Source: Candidatus Gottesmanbacteria bacterium (GTDB lineage: Bacteria > Patescibacteriota > Microgenomatia > JAMCYU01). Taken from it: a stretch of 64,000 nucleotides of DNA. Location of the stretch: contig JAZDMI010000021.1 in NCBI GenBank assembly GCA_043801155.1, positions 194,683-258,682 of the forward strand, in the 5' to 3' direction. Positions 1 through 8,404 of the stretch are shown here, one piece after another. Position numbers and translations under genes: made by a program. The notes beneath the pieces were generated by a model, which saw only the letters and a list, made by a program, of their open reading frames with translations, ran no database searches and was not told where the DNA came from. Within the stretch, counting starts at the first letter, position 1. Every line of letters starts with the position of its first letter.

Positions 1-327
1 ATTCCCGAAGGATTTACTGAAAATAATGAAGAACCATTAGATTCAGCTAAACGTGAGCTTATCGAGGAAACAGGTATTAAAGCACAAATATGGAAAGAGT
101 TAGGTTACGCCTATTTAGCAGTAGGCCATACTAATCAAAAATATTTTATTTTTATAGCGGAGAAATTAAATTTCCTTACTAAGATTAAGCCGGGGGACGA
201 GATAGAAGAAATTGCCAAATTTAATTTAAAACAGATTAGAGATATGATACTTAATAATATTATTACGGATGCAGTATCTCTTACATCTTTATATAAATAT
301 TTTCTAGTTTCAGGGAGGAGATTATGA
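1..327 (+). CDS. Nudix hydrolase, 5'-truncated by the window edge (not in ORF track)
   Basis: Frame 1 translates IPEGFTENNEEPLDSAKRELIEETGIKAQ..., a full Nudix box (GX5EX7REUXEEXGU). Stop TGA 325-327 overlaps the rmlB ATG (ATGA). Confidence 0.9.
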   Translation: MPEGFTENNEEPLDSAKRELIEETGIKAQIWKELGYAYLAVGHTNQKYFIFIAEKLNFLTKIKPGDEIEEIAKFNLKQIRDMILNNIITDAVSLTSLYKYFLVSGRRL

Positions 328-1337
328 AGCTACTTGTAACCGGTGGGGCGGGTTTTATTGGCGCTAATTTTATTCTTTTTTGGCTCAAAAGCCATCCACA
401 AGATCAAATTGTCAACCTTGATAATCTTACTTACGCCGGAAATTTAGATAATCTTAAAAGTATTGAGGACAAATCTAATTATCAATTTATCAAGGGTGAT
501 ATTTGTGATGGCAAGATCGTTAGCCAGGTAATGAAAGATATTGATATTGTTGTTCATTTTGCCGCGGAATCACATGTTGACCGTTCCATTTTGGGTCCGG
601 CTGTTTTTGTCCAAACTAATGTTGTCGGGACACAGGTTCTCTTAGAAAATGCGCTAAAACACAAGGTAAAACGGTTCCATCATATTTCTACTGATGAGGT
701 TTTCGGAAGCCTTGAACTTGACAATCCGAGTAAATTTAATGAACGAACAATTTATAATCCCAGAAGCCCATATTCAGCCAGCAAAGCAGGTTCAGATCAC
801 CTTGTTAGATCATATTATCATACATACGGACTACCAATAACTATCAGCAACTGTTCAAACAATTTTGGACCGTATCAATTCCCAGAAAAATTTATACCAT
901 TGGCAATAACAAATATTTTAGAGGATAAAAAGGTCCCTGTTTATGGCGATGGATTGTATGTACGGGATTGGTTATATGTCGAAGATCATTGCCGGGCCAT
1001 TGAAAAGATATTAATAAATGGGAAAATAGGGGAGACATATTGTGTTGGCGGTTTAACTGATGAGATTAATAATTTAACCATCATCAAGAAAATATTAAAA
1101 TTACTTAATAAAAATGAAGATTATATAGAATTTGTTAAAGACAGACCGGGTCATGACCGGCGTTATGCTGTTGATTGGACAAAAATTAACAATGAATTAA
1201 GTTGGCAGCCTCTCTATGACTTCGATACCTGGCTTGCTAAAACCGTGGATTGGTATAAAACTAACGAATCTTGGTGGTGCCGGGTTAGATCTGGGGAATA
1301 CCAAAAGTACTATAAAATCCAGTACGGGAGAAAATAA
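324..1337 (+). CDS. rfbB: dTDP-glucose 4,6-dehydratase
   Basis: GGAGFIG, HFAAESHVDRSI, STDEVFG, YSASK, NNFGPYQFPEK, DRPGHDRRY. SD-like GGGAGGAG at 313-320. Confidence 0.95.
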   Translation: MKLLVTGGAGFIGANFILFWLKSHPQDQIVNLDNLTYAGNLDNLKSIEDKSNYQFIKGDICDGKIVSQVMKDIDIVVHFAAESHVDRSILGPAVFVQTNVVGTQVLLENALKHKVKRFHHISTDEVFGSLELDNPSKFNERTIYNPRSPYSASKAGSDHLVRSYYHTYGLPITISNCSNNFGPYQFPEKFIPLAITNILEDKKVPVYGDGLYVRDWLYVEDHCRAIEKILINGKIGETYCVGGLTDEINNLTIIKKILKLLNKNEDYIEFVKDRPGHDRRYAVDWTKINNELSWQPLYDFDTWLAKTVDWYKTNESWWCRVRSGEYQKYYKIQYGRK

Positions 1338-1346
1338 TCTTCAAAT

Positions 1347-2279
1347 ATGAAAATTAAAATACTAGGTACAGGTTTGACAGGATTAGTGGGATCGAGGATT
1401 GTCGAGTTACTAAGTGATCACTGCGAATTTGAGAATCTAAGTTTAGAGACGGGAGTTGATATTACCAATAGGGAACAGGTGAAAAAAAGAATAGTTGACT
1501 CCCCTGCCAGGGTAATACTGCATTTAGCTGCTAAAACAGATGTTGACGGGTGTGAAAATGATAGGGAAAAAGATATAAAAATATTAAAAAATAATGACTT
1601 TGACCAACAAAAAAATATTTGGCAAAAAGAAAAAACAGCCTGGTGGATTAATGTAGAAGGGACTAAAAATATTGTTGCAGCGGCTAAAAAATCTAACAAA
1701 AAAATGATCTATATTTCGACAGATTTTATTTTTGACGGAACGAAAGATTTTTATGATGAAAACGACATTCCTAATCCGGTAAATTGGTATGGTGTGACCA
1801 AATATGAAGGAGAAAAAATAATTCGAAAATCCGGACTATCATTTTTAATTTGCCGGATTGCATTTCCCTACCGAGCTAAATTTGCATTAAGAAAAGATTT
1901 TTTAAGAGGAATTTTAGAAAAATTACAGGCAGGTCAAAAGCTATCATTGGTAAAGGATGAAATTATTACACCAACCTTTATTGATGATATCGCCAACGCC
2001 TTGGATTTCTTGATAAACAAGAAGGCGACCGGTATTTATCATGTTGTTGGCAGTAGTTCACACACACCTTTAGAAATCGCTTATTCAATTACCAGACTGT
2101 TCTCTTTGGATAAAGAATTAATAAGCGAGACTACCCGAGATCTATATTTTTCCGGCCGCGCATCTCGCCCCTTTTCTTTAATATTAAAAAATGATAAACT
2201 AAAAAAATTAGGTATCACAATGTCCGTATTTACAGATGGACTTAATAAAATTAAATCCCAATTATTAATTTCAAATTAA
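1347..2279 (+). CDS. rfbD: dTDP-4-dehydrorhamnose reductase (RmlD)-family SDR
   Basis: GLTGLVG, HLAAKTDVDGCE, ISTDFIFDG, YGVTK, PTFIDD. Adjacent to rmlB. Confidence 0.85.
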   Translation: MKIKILGTGLTGLVGSRIVELLSDHCEFENLSLETGVDITNREQVKKRIVDSPARVILHLAAKTDVDGCENDREKDIKILKNNDFDQQKNIWQKEKTAWWINVEGTKNIVAAAKKSNKKMIYISTDFIFDGTKDFYDENDIPNPVNWYGVTKYEGEKIIRKSGLSFLICRIAFPYRAKFALRKDFLRGILEKLQAGQKLSLVKDEIITPTFIDDIANALDFLINKKATGIYHVVGSSSHTPLEIAYSITRLFSLDKELISETTRDLYFSGRASRPFSLILKNDKLKKLGITMSVFTDGLNKIKSQLLISN

Positions 2280-2280
2280 T

Positions 2281-3573
2281 ATGGTAATTTCAGTTATCGG
2301 TCATGGATATGTAGGTTTAGTAACAGCGGCAGTGTTTGCCGATTTAGGCAATACAATTTGGTGTGTTGGGAGAACAAAAGAGAAAATCGATTTGTTAAAA
2401 AAAGGAGCGATGCCTTTTTTTGAACCGGGTCTTACTGAATTAGTAGCTAAAAATATCGCTGCGGGGAGATTAAAATTTACCTTATCGTACAAGGACGCTA
2501 TCCCGTCATCTAACGTAATATTTATTTGCGTTGGTACGCCTTCCCTAGATAACGGAGAAGCTGATTTATCTCAAGTTTTTGCTGCGGCCAAAAGCATTGC
2601 CGAGAACTTAGTTGATGGAAAAACAATTGTTGTCAAAAGTACAGTCCCGGTAGGAACAACAAAAGAAGTAGCTAAAATTATTAATGACAATAAACCGAAA
2701 AAAGTTAATTTTGAAATAGCCTTTGTTCCGGAATTTTTAAGAGAAGGAAGTGCTCTTGACGATACTCTTCATCCTGACAGAATTGTTCTAGGTATGGAAT
2801 CGACTAATGCTCTCAAAGTTCTACTCAAGCTTCACAAACCAATCGACGGTCAATTCGTAATAACAAATATTCCATCAGCGGAAATTATAAAGTATGCGGC
2901 TAACTCACTTTTAGCCACTAAAATTTCTTTCAGTAATAATATTGCTTTTCTCTGTGAAAAAGTTGGCGCCGATGTTGAAAAAGTATTAGACGGGGTAGGT
3001 TTAGATAAACGATTGGGACGAAATTTCCTCTATCCGGGAGTTGGATATGGGGGAAGCTGTTTCCCCAAAGACGTTAAAGCATTAATTTCGACCTTGAACA
3101 AATATGAACTCCCAGCTAAGCTTTTTGAAGCCGTCGAAGAAGTTAATAAAATGGCGGCTGATAATTTTATTAATAAAATCACTGAGGTTTTAGGAAACAA
3201 TTTGACCGGTAAAACAATTGGAGTCTTAGGTCTTTCATTTAAACCAAATACTGACGATATGCGTGAAGCTCCCTCAATCAAAATTATTACTGCTTTGCAA
3301 CGAAAAGGAGCTAAAATCCGGGCTTTTGACCCGGTAGCGATGCCAAAAACCCAAGAAATTTTTAAAGATATTACTTATTGTAAAAATTCGGAAGATGTTT
3401 CCAGAGGCGCAGACGCATTATTAATTGTTACTGAATGGAATGATTTTAAACAACTCAATCTGGCAAAGATTAAAAAATTAATGAAAAGAGCGGTAATTAT
3501 TGATGGTCGAAATATATACAACCGCGCCGAGGTAGAAAAACTAGGATTTATATACCAAGGAGTTGGTAAATAA
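2281..3573 (+). CDS. ugd: UDP-glucose 6-dehydrogenase
   Basis: GHGYVG, CVGTP, KSTVPVGT, PEFLREG, GYGGSCFPKD (catalytic Cys), FKPNTDDMREAPS, DGRN. Confidence 0.93.
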   Translation: MVISVIGHGYVGLVTAAVFADLGNTIWCVGRTKEKIDLLKKGAMPFFEPGLTELVAKNIAAGRLKFTLSYKDAIPSSNVIFICVGTPSLDNGEADLSQVFAAAKSIAENLVDGKTIVVKSTVPVGTTKEVAKIINDNKPKKVNFEIAFVPEFLREGSALDDTLHPDRIVLGMESTNALKVLLKLHKPIDGQFVITNIPSAEIIKYAANSLLATKISFSNNIAFLCEKVGADVEKVLDGVGLDKRLGRNFLYPGVGYGGSCFPKDVKALISTLNKYELPAKLFEAVEEVNKMAADNFINKITEVLGNNLTGKTIGVLGLSFKPNTDDMREAPSIKIITALQRKGAKIRAFDPVAMPKTQEIFKDITYCKNSEDVSRGADALLIVTEWNDFKQLNLAKIKKLMKRAVIIDGRNIYNRAEVEKLGFIYQGVGK

Positions 3574-3678
3574 CATTTTCCCTAGCCTAAAAATCTAGGG
3601 TTTTTCAAACCTTTAAAGGAAAATGTTTAAACTGCTTCAATTCATCCGCGCAATGAATTGCGCGGTATTCTTGAAGCA
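3572..3678. other. Multi-hairpin intergenic element, possibly an IS200/IS605-end-derived relic or a structured RNA/terminator
   Basis: Inverted repeats: AACATTTTCC 3572-3581/GGAAAATGTT 3618-3627; CCCTAG 3580-3585/CTAGGG 3595-3600 followed by TTTTT; TGCTTCAA 3633-3640/TTGAAGCA 3671-3678 enclosing CCGCGCAA-TGAA-TTGCGCGG (3646-3665). Confidence 0.55.
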
Positions 3679-3696
3679 TTATATAAAAATATTGAT

Positions 3697-3710
3697 TATA
3701 ATCAGGAGGA
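3697..3710 (+). promoter_or_regulatory. -10 box TATAAT (3697-3702) and SD AGGAGG (3704-3709) upstream of the SDR gene
   Basis: Both motifs are directly visible before ATGATG at 3711/3714. No well-spaced -35. Confidence 0.45.
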
Positions 3711-4670
3711 ATGATGGTTAAGAAAGCACTGATAACGGGTATTACTGGTTTCGCCGGTAGTCATTTAGCCGAATTATTACTTAAAGAAGGTATTGAGGTC
3801 TATGGGACGACGAGACCACGAAGTAAAACAGACAATATCGATCTGATTAAAAATAAACTAAAACTTCAGGATGCCGATATAATGGATTCTCATAGTTTAT
3901 ATTCTGTATTTGTTGAGGTAAAACCTGATTATATTTTCCATTTAGCCGCTCAATCGTTTGTCCAGACCTCATGGGCTTCCCCAGCAACGACTATGGAGAT
4001 GAACGTTGTCGGTAGTGTTCATTTATTTGAAGCTATTAGAAGAGCCCAAATAAATCCGGTAATTCAAATTGCTTGTTCGTCAGAAGAATATGGATTAGTC
4101 TATCCTAACGAACTACCGATCAAAGAAGATAATCCTTTACGGCCTCAATCTCCATATGCTGTTTCTAAAGTAGCGATGGACTATTTGGGATATCAATATT
4201 GGCAAAGTTATAAAATGAGAATTATCAGAACGAGGGGTTTTAATCATACAGGACCGAGGAGAGGCGAAGTATTTGTTACCAGTAATTTTGCTAAACAAAT
4301 TGCCGAAATTGAAAAAAAGAAAAAAGAGCCGGTAATTGAAGTAGGAAATTTAGAAGCACAGAGAGACTGGACAGATGTTCGTGATATGGTGAGTGCATAT
4401 TTAATGGCAGTTGAAAAAGGGAAAGCCGGCGAAGTTTATAATATTTGCTCAGGTCAGACGATTAAAGTCAAAGATGTTCTTGATATGTTGTTAGCGATGA
4501 GTAAGGTTAAGGTTAAGATTAAACAAGATCCGGCCAGACTCCGGCCATCAGATGTGACGATTCTTTTAGGAGATAACAGTAAATTTCGGAAAGCAACGGG
4601 TTGGAAACCGAAGATTCCTTTTAAAAAGACCATGGAAGACCTTCTCAATTATTGGCGAGAAAGAGTCTAA
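3711..4670 (+). CDS. GDP-mannose 4,6-dehydratase / GDP-4-keto-6-deoxymannose reductase (Gmd/Rmd)-family SDR
   Basis: LITGITGFAGSHL, HLAAQSFV..SW, CSSEEYG, SPYAVSK, FNHTGPRRGEVFV, GNLEAQRDWTDVRD. Confidence 0.8.
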   Translation: MMVKKALITGITGFAGSHLAELLLKEGIEVYGTTRPRSKTDNIDLIKNKLKLQDADIMDSHSLYSVFVEVKPDYIFHLAAQSFVQTSWASPATTMEMNVVGSVHLFEAIRRAQINPVIQIACSSEEYGLVYPNELPIKEDNPLRPQSPYAVSKVAMDYLGYQYWQSYKMRIIRTRGFNHTGPRRGEVFVTSNFAKQIAEIEKKKKEPVIEVGNLEAQRDWTDVRDMVSAYLMAVEKGKAGEVYNICSGQTIKVKDVLDMLLAMSKVKVKIKQDPARLRPSDVTILLGDNSKFRKATGWKPKIPFKKTMEDLLNYWRERV

Positions 4671-4677
4671 TTTCTTA

Positions 4678-4696
4678 TCAAATGTCAAATGTCAAA
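4678..4696 (+). repeat. Heptamer tandem repeat (TCAAATG)x2.7 containing the uxs start codon
   Basis: TCAAATG TCAAATG TCAAA. ATG 4689 lies in the second unit. Confidence 0.7.
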
Positions 4697-5648
4697 CACG
4701 AAATATCTAATAGTTGGTGGAGCGGGATTTATCGGATCGCATCTTTGTGATGAACTTCTCAATAGGGGCGATGAGGTTTTTTGTATTGATAATTTTATTA
4801 CCGGAAATAAAAAAAACATCGAACACCTTATTAAAAACTCATCATTTCATCTTATCGAATGGGATATTACTAAAACATTAGATAAAAATCTTCAATCTCA
4901 AATATCTACTGTTCAGTTTATTTATCATTTAGCCTCGCCTGCCAGCCCGATACAGTATCAAAGATTCCCGATTGAAACTTTATTAGCCAACTCACTGGGA
5001 ACATACAATCTTTTAATGTTGGCTAAAGAAATTAATGCCAGATTTTTATATGCTTCCTCCAGCGAAATCTATGGTGATCCGTTACAACATCCTCAAAAAG
5101 AGCCATATTGGGGTAATGTCAATCCGATTGGTATTCGTTCTTGTTATGATGAAGGGAAAAGATTCGGTGAAGCGATTATAATGGCGTTTATTCGCAAGTT
5201 TGATCTTGATTGCCGGCTGGCAAGGATTTTTAATACTTATGGACCGAGAATGGAAAAAGAAGATGGTCGTGTTGTCTCTAATTTTATTGTCCAGGCATTG
5301 TTAGGCAAACCAATTACGGTGTATGGTGATGGTAGTCAAACAAGAAGCTTTTGTTTTGTATCTGATATGGTTGCGGGTTTAATGAAATTAATGGAAGAAG
5401 AAAAAGCTCGAGGAGAAGTTTTTAACTTGGGTAATCCTGAAGAATACACGATCCTAGAAATTGCGAGGAAAATTAAGGACCGAACCGCGTCTGTATCGGA
5501 AATAAAATTTAATGATTTACCAGAAGATGATCCTGTCCGGCGCCAACCGGATATTACTCGGGCTAAGCAGATTTTAGGATGGCAGCCGATCATTAGTATT
5601 GATCAGGGTCTTGGTCAAACGATTAAGTATTTTGAATCTATTTTATGA
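4689..5648 (+). CDS. uxs: UDP-glucuronate decarboxylase (UDP-xylose synthase)
   Basis: GGAGFIGSHL, HLASPASP, YWGNVNPIGIRSCYDEGKR, RIFNTYGPRM, DGRVVSNF, YGDGSQTRSFC, DDPVRRQPDI. Confidence 0.88.
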   Translation: MSNTKYLIVGGAGFIGSHLCDELLNRGDEVFCIDNFITGNKKNIEHLIKNSSFHLIEWDITKTLDKNLQSQISTVQFIYHLASPASPIQYQRFPIETLLANSLGTYNLLMLAKEINARFLYASSSEIYGDPLQHPQKEPYWGNVNPIGIRSCYDEGKRFGEAIIMAFIRKFDLDCRLARIFNTYGPRMEKEDGRVVSNFIVQALLGKPITVYGDGSQTRSFCFVSDMVAGLMKLMEEEKARGEVFNLGNPEEYTILEIARKIKDRTASVSEIKFNDLPEDDPVRRQPDITRAKQILGWQPIISIDQGLGQTIKYFESIL

Positions 5649-6772
5649 AAGTTGTTATAATTTTACCTACTTATAATGAGAAAGGGAACATTAAACTTCT
5701 CATTGAGCAAATCGAAAAGATTTTTGATCGGATAAATAATTATTCATTTGATATTTTAGTTGTCGATGATTCATCTCCTGATGGGACAGCCTCGGAAGTT
5801 TCAATTGTTCAGAATACATATAAGAACGTTTATCTCTTGGTAAATAAAAAGAAAATCGGTTTAGGTAAAGCATTATTAGTTGGTATGGACTATGCTATCC
5901 AAAAATTGCACGCAGAAGTTCTTCTTGAAATGGATGCTGATTTATCTCATGATCCGAAAAAAATTCCGGAATTTCTTGAAAAAATTGACAAAGGTGCAGA
6001 TTTTGTTATCGGTAGTCGTTATATTAAAGGTGGTTCGATTCCGGAGCGGTGGGGAATTCACCGAAAACTTTTTAGCCGGATTGGTAATATACTGGTTAGG
6101 AGCATTTTGGGAATTTTCCGAATTCATGAATGGACCAGTGGTTTTAGAGCCGTAAGAAGTCGTTTTTTTGAAGACTCTAAAAATGATTTATCTGATTTTA
6201 GCGGCTATACTTTTCAAGTTGCCTTTCTTTATAAAAGTCTTATGAGAGGAGCTAAAATTGTCGAGGTCCCGATTAATTTTTCGGAACGATATTACGGCCG
6301 TTCTAAACTTGCCCCATTAGAATATATATCTAATTTACTTTTTTATCTTATAACTACCCGACTCAATGAATTATGGAAGAATGGATTTATAAAATTTTGT
6401 ATTGTCGGAACAATCGGTTTTTTGGTCAATCTAGTCGGTTTGGAATTCTTTTTCAATTTAGGTGTAAGACCAGGTCCGGCTGCTGCATTAGGAGCAGAAA
6501 TAGCCATTGTGTCGAATTTCTTGTTTAATAATTTTTGGACTTTTTCTGGCGAAAAAATAGTAACAATAACAAGATTAATTATGAAATTTATTCAATTTAA
6601 TGTAACCTCTGCAGGAGCGGTGCTTATACAAGGAATAGTCGTTGGATTAGGAACTCATATTTATGGGGATGAATCACGGCGAATTTTTTTAGTTCTGGCG
6701 ATTATTTTTTTCATTATTCCCTACAGCTGGTTTATCTATAACCGAATTATTTGGAAAACTCATGGAAAATGA
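5645..6772 (+). CDS. DPM1/Ppm1-like polyprenol-phosphate sugar synthase (GT2) fused to a C-terminal GtrA-like flippase domain
   Basis: ILPTYNE, VVDDSSPDGT, MDADLSHDP, GSRY, SGFR, F.ER..G.SK. The last ~130 aa form 4 TM segments with GtrA-like KFCIVG..GFLVN and SNFLFNNFWTF. Confidence 0.85.
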   Translation: MKVVIILPTYNEKGNIKLLIEQIEKIFDRINNYSFDILVVDDSSPDGTASEVSIVQNTYKNVYLLVNKKKIGLGKALLVGMDYAIQKLHAEVLLEMDADLSHDPKKIPEFLEKIDKGADFVIGSRYIKGGSIPERWGIHRKLFSRIGNILVRSILGIFRIHEWTSGFRAVRSRFFEDSKNDLSDFSGYTFQVAFLYKSLMRGAKIVEVPINFSERYYGRSKLAPLEYISNLLFYLITTRLNELWKNGFIKFCIVGTIGFLVNLVGLEFFFNLGVRPGPAAALGAEIAIVSNFLFNNFWTFSGEKIVTITRLIMKFIQFNVTSAGAVLIQGIVVGLGTHIYGDESRRIFLVLAIIFFIIPYSWFIYNRIIWKTHGK

Positions 6773-8309
6773 AACGAATAATAATAAATTTAGAATTAAA
6801 AAGTTAATTCCTCTGATAGTCTTCTTAGGTATTTTTTTACTGGCTTCGGTTATTCGTTTATACAGGATTGCTGACTATATGACTTTTTTAGGTGATGAGG
6901 GCAGGGATGTTTTAGTTGTTAAACGGATGATTGTTGACCATAAACTTACTTTGTTAGGACCGACTGCGTCTGTCGGAGGATTTTTCTTAGGCCCGATATA
7001 TTACTATTTTATGCTGCCTTTTTTATGGCTTTTTCAACTGGATCCTGTTGGACCAGCAGTCATGGTGGCTCTTTTTGGGATTGCGACAGTTGTTTTAATT
7101 TATAAAGTCGGTAAAGATATGTTTAATACTAAAACCGGACTTACCGCTTCTATATTATACTCAATTTCACCACTGGTCATCGCCTATTCACGCTCGTCAT
7201 GGAATCCAAATCTGGTACCTTTTTTTTCGTTAGCTTTTATATATAGTTTATGGTTAACCGTGTGTGGCAAATGGCATTATTTATTTTTAACAGGCGTAAT
7301 TTTTGGTATTGGATTACAGCTTCACTACCTGTTTGCTTTTCTCCTGCCAATGGCTATAATTCTTTTTCTGATATATGGACGAAACCTGAAAAAGATTAAA
7401 TACTACCTATTGGGACTACTGGGATTTATTGTTGGATATTCACCTTTTTTAGCTTTTGAGTTTCGTCATGGATTCCCTAATACGCAAACCGTACTAAAAT
7501 TTATTTTTTCGGCAAAAGATACCGGATTCACCGGTGCAAAATTTACCTCAATTATTCAAGATGTGACATTCAGACTTTTTGGCAGACTGGTTGATAATTA
7601 TCCTGACCCGGGATGGTTAGCCAATATGCCAAAAAACGAACAGAGTTTTTATTGGATTCTTACGATTATTACCATAACTATTTCTCTAGGAACCTTATTA
7701 ATTAAATTGGTAAGAACCAAAGATAAATCTTATGTTCTTTTATTTTTATGGTTTTTAAGCGGAATTCTGCTCTTTGGTTTTTATAAGAAAGCAATTTATG
7801 ATTATTATTTAGGCTTTATGTTTACCCTACCATTTTTATTGGTTGGATCAGCTTTTTCCTTTTGGTTGCACAGAAAAAATACAATCATTAAATTGGCGAC
7901 CATTTCTATATTATGTTTAATTTTATGGGTTAATTGGGAAGGAAGGCCATTCAGATCTCCTCCTAATCGGCAGCTGGCACAAACTAAAGAAATCTCTCGT
8001 TTTGTATTAAATAAAACTGGCGGTAAGCCCTTCAATTTTGCCTTAGTGACCGGACAAAATTCTGATCATGCCTACCGATATTTTTTTGAAATCTGGGGGA
8101 ACAAGCCGACAACAATTGAGAATCCGGTAATAGATCCAAATAGAAAATCAGTTACACCACAGTTATTAGTTATTTGTGAAAACATAACGTGTCAACCCCT
8201 AGGAAATTCACTTTGGGAAATTGCTGGTTTCGGCCGAGCCGAAATCGAAGGTGAATGGGATGTCTCAGTAGTTAAAGTTTTCAAACTTGGACGTTATAAA
8301 GGGATTTGA
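6762..8309 (+). CDS. GT-C-fold membrane glycosyltransferase, PMT_2/ArnT-like (paralog group A)
   Basis: Acidic first-loop motif FLGDEGRD after TM1, LLGP...GGFFLGPIYYY, SR.SWNPN, many TM segments, soluble C-terminal domain. Confidence 0.75.
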   Translation: MENETNNNKFRIKKLIPLIVFLGIFLLASVIRLYRIADYMTFLGDEGRDVLVVKRMIVDHKLTLLGPTASVGGFFLGPIYYYFMLPFLWLFQLDPVGPAVMVALFGIATVVLIYKVGKDMFNTKTGLTASILYSISPLVIAYSRSSWNPNLVPFFSLAFIYSLWLTVCGKWHYLFLTGVIFGIGLQLHYLFAFLLPMAIILFLIYGRNLKKIKYYLLGLLGFIVGYSPFLAFEFRHGFPNTQTVLKFIFSAKDTGFTGAKFTSIIQDVTFRLFGRLVDNYPDPGWLANMPKNEQSFYWILTIITITISLGTLLIKLVRTKDKSYVLLFLWFLSGILLFGFYKKAIYDYYLGFMFTLPFLLVGSAFSFWLHRKNTIIKLATISILCLILWVNWEGRPFRSPPNRQLAQTKEISRFVLNKTGGKPFNFALVTGQNSDHAYRYFFEIWGNKPTTIENPVIDPNRKSVTPQLLVICENITCQPLGNSLWEIAGFGRAEIEGEWDVSVVKVFKLGRYKGI

Positions 8310-8368
8310 AGTATATAATTATTATAAGATTCTATTATGTAATTGATATATCTTTAAAAAATTCTTCT

Positions 8369-8397
8369 TTGCAAAATAAATAGCTTTCCTTTACAAT
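8369..8397 (+). promoter_or_regulatory. sigma70-like promoter, probably leaderless, for the ABC genes
   Basis: TTGCAA (8369-8374), 17 nt, TACAAT (8392-8397), 7 nt, ATG 8405. No SD. Confidence 0.6.
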
Positions 8398-8404
8398 TAA
8401 AATC

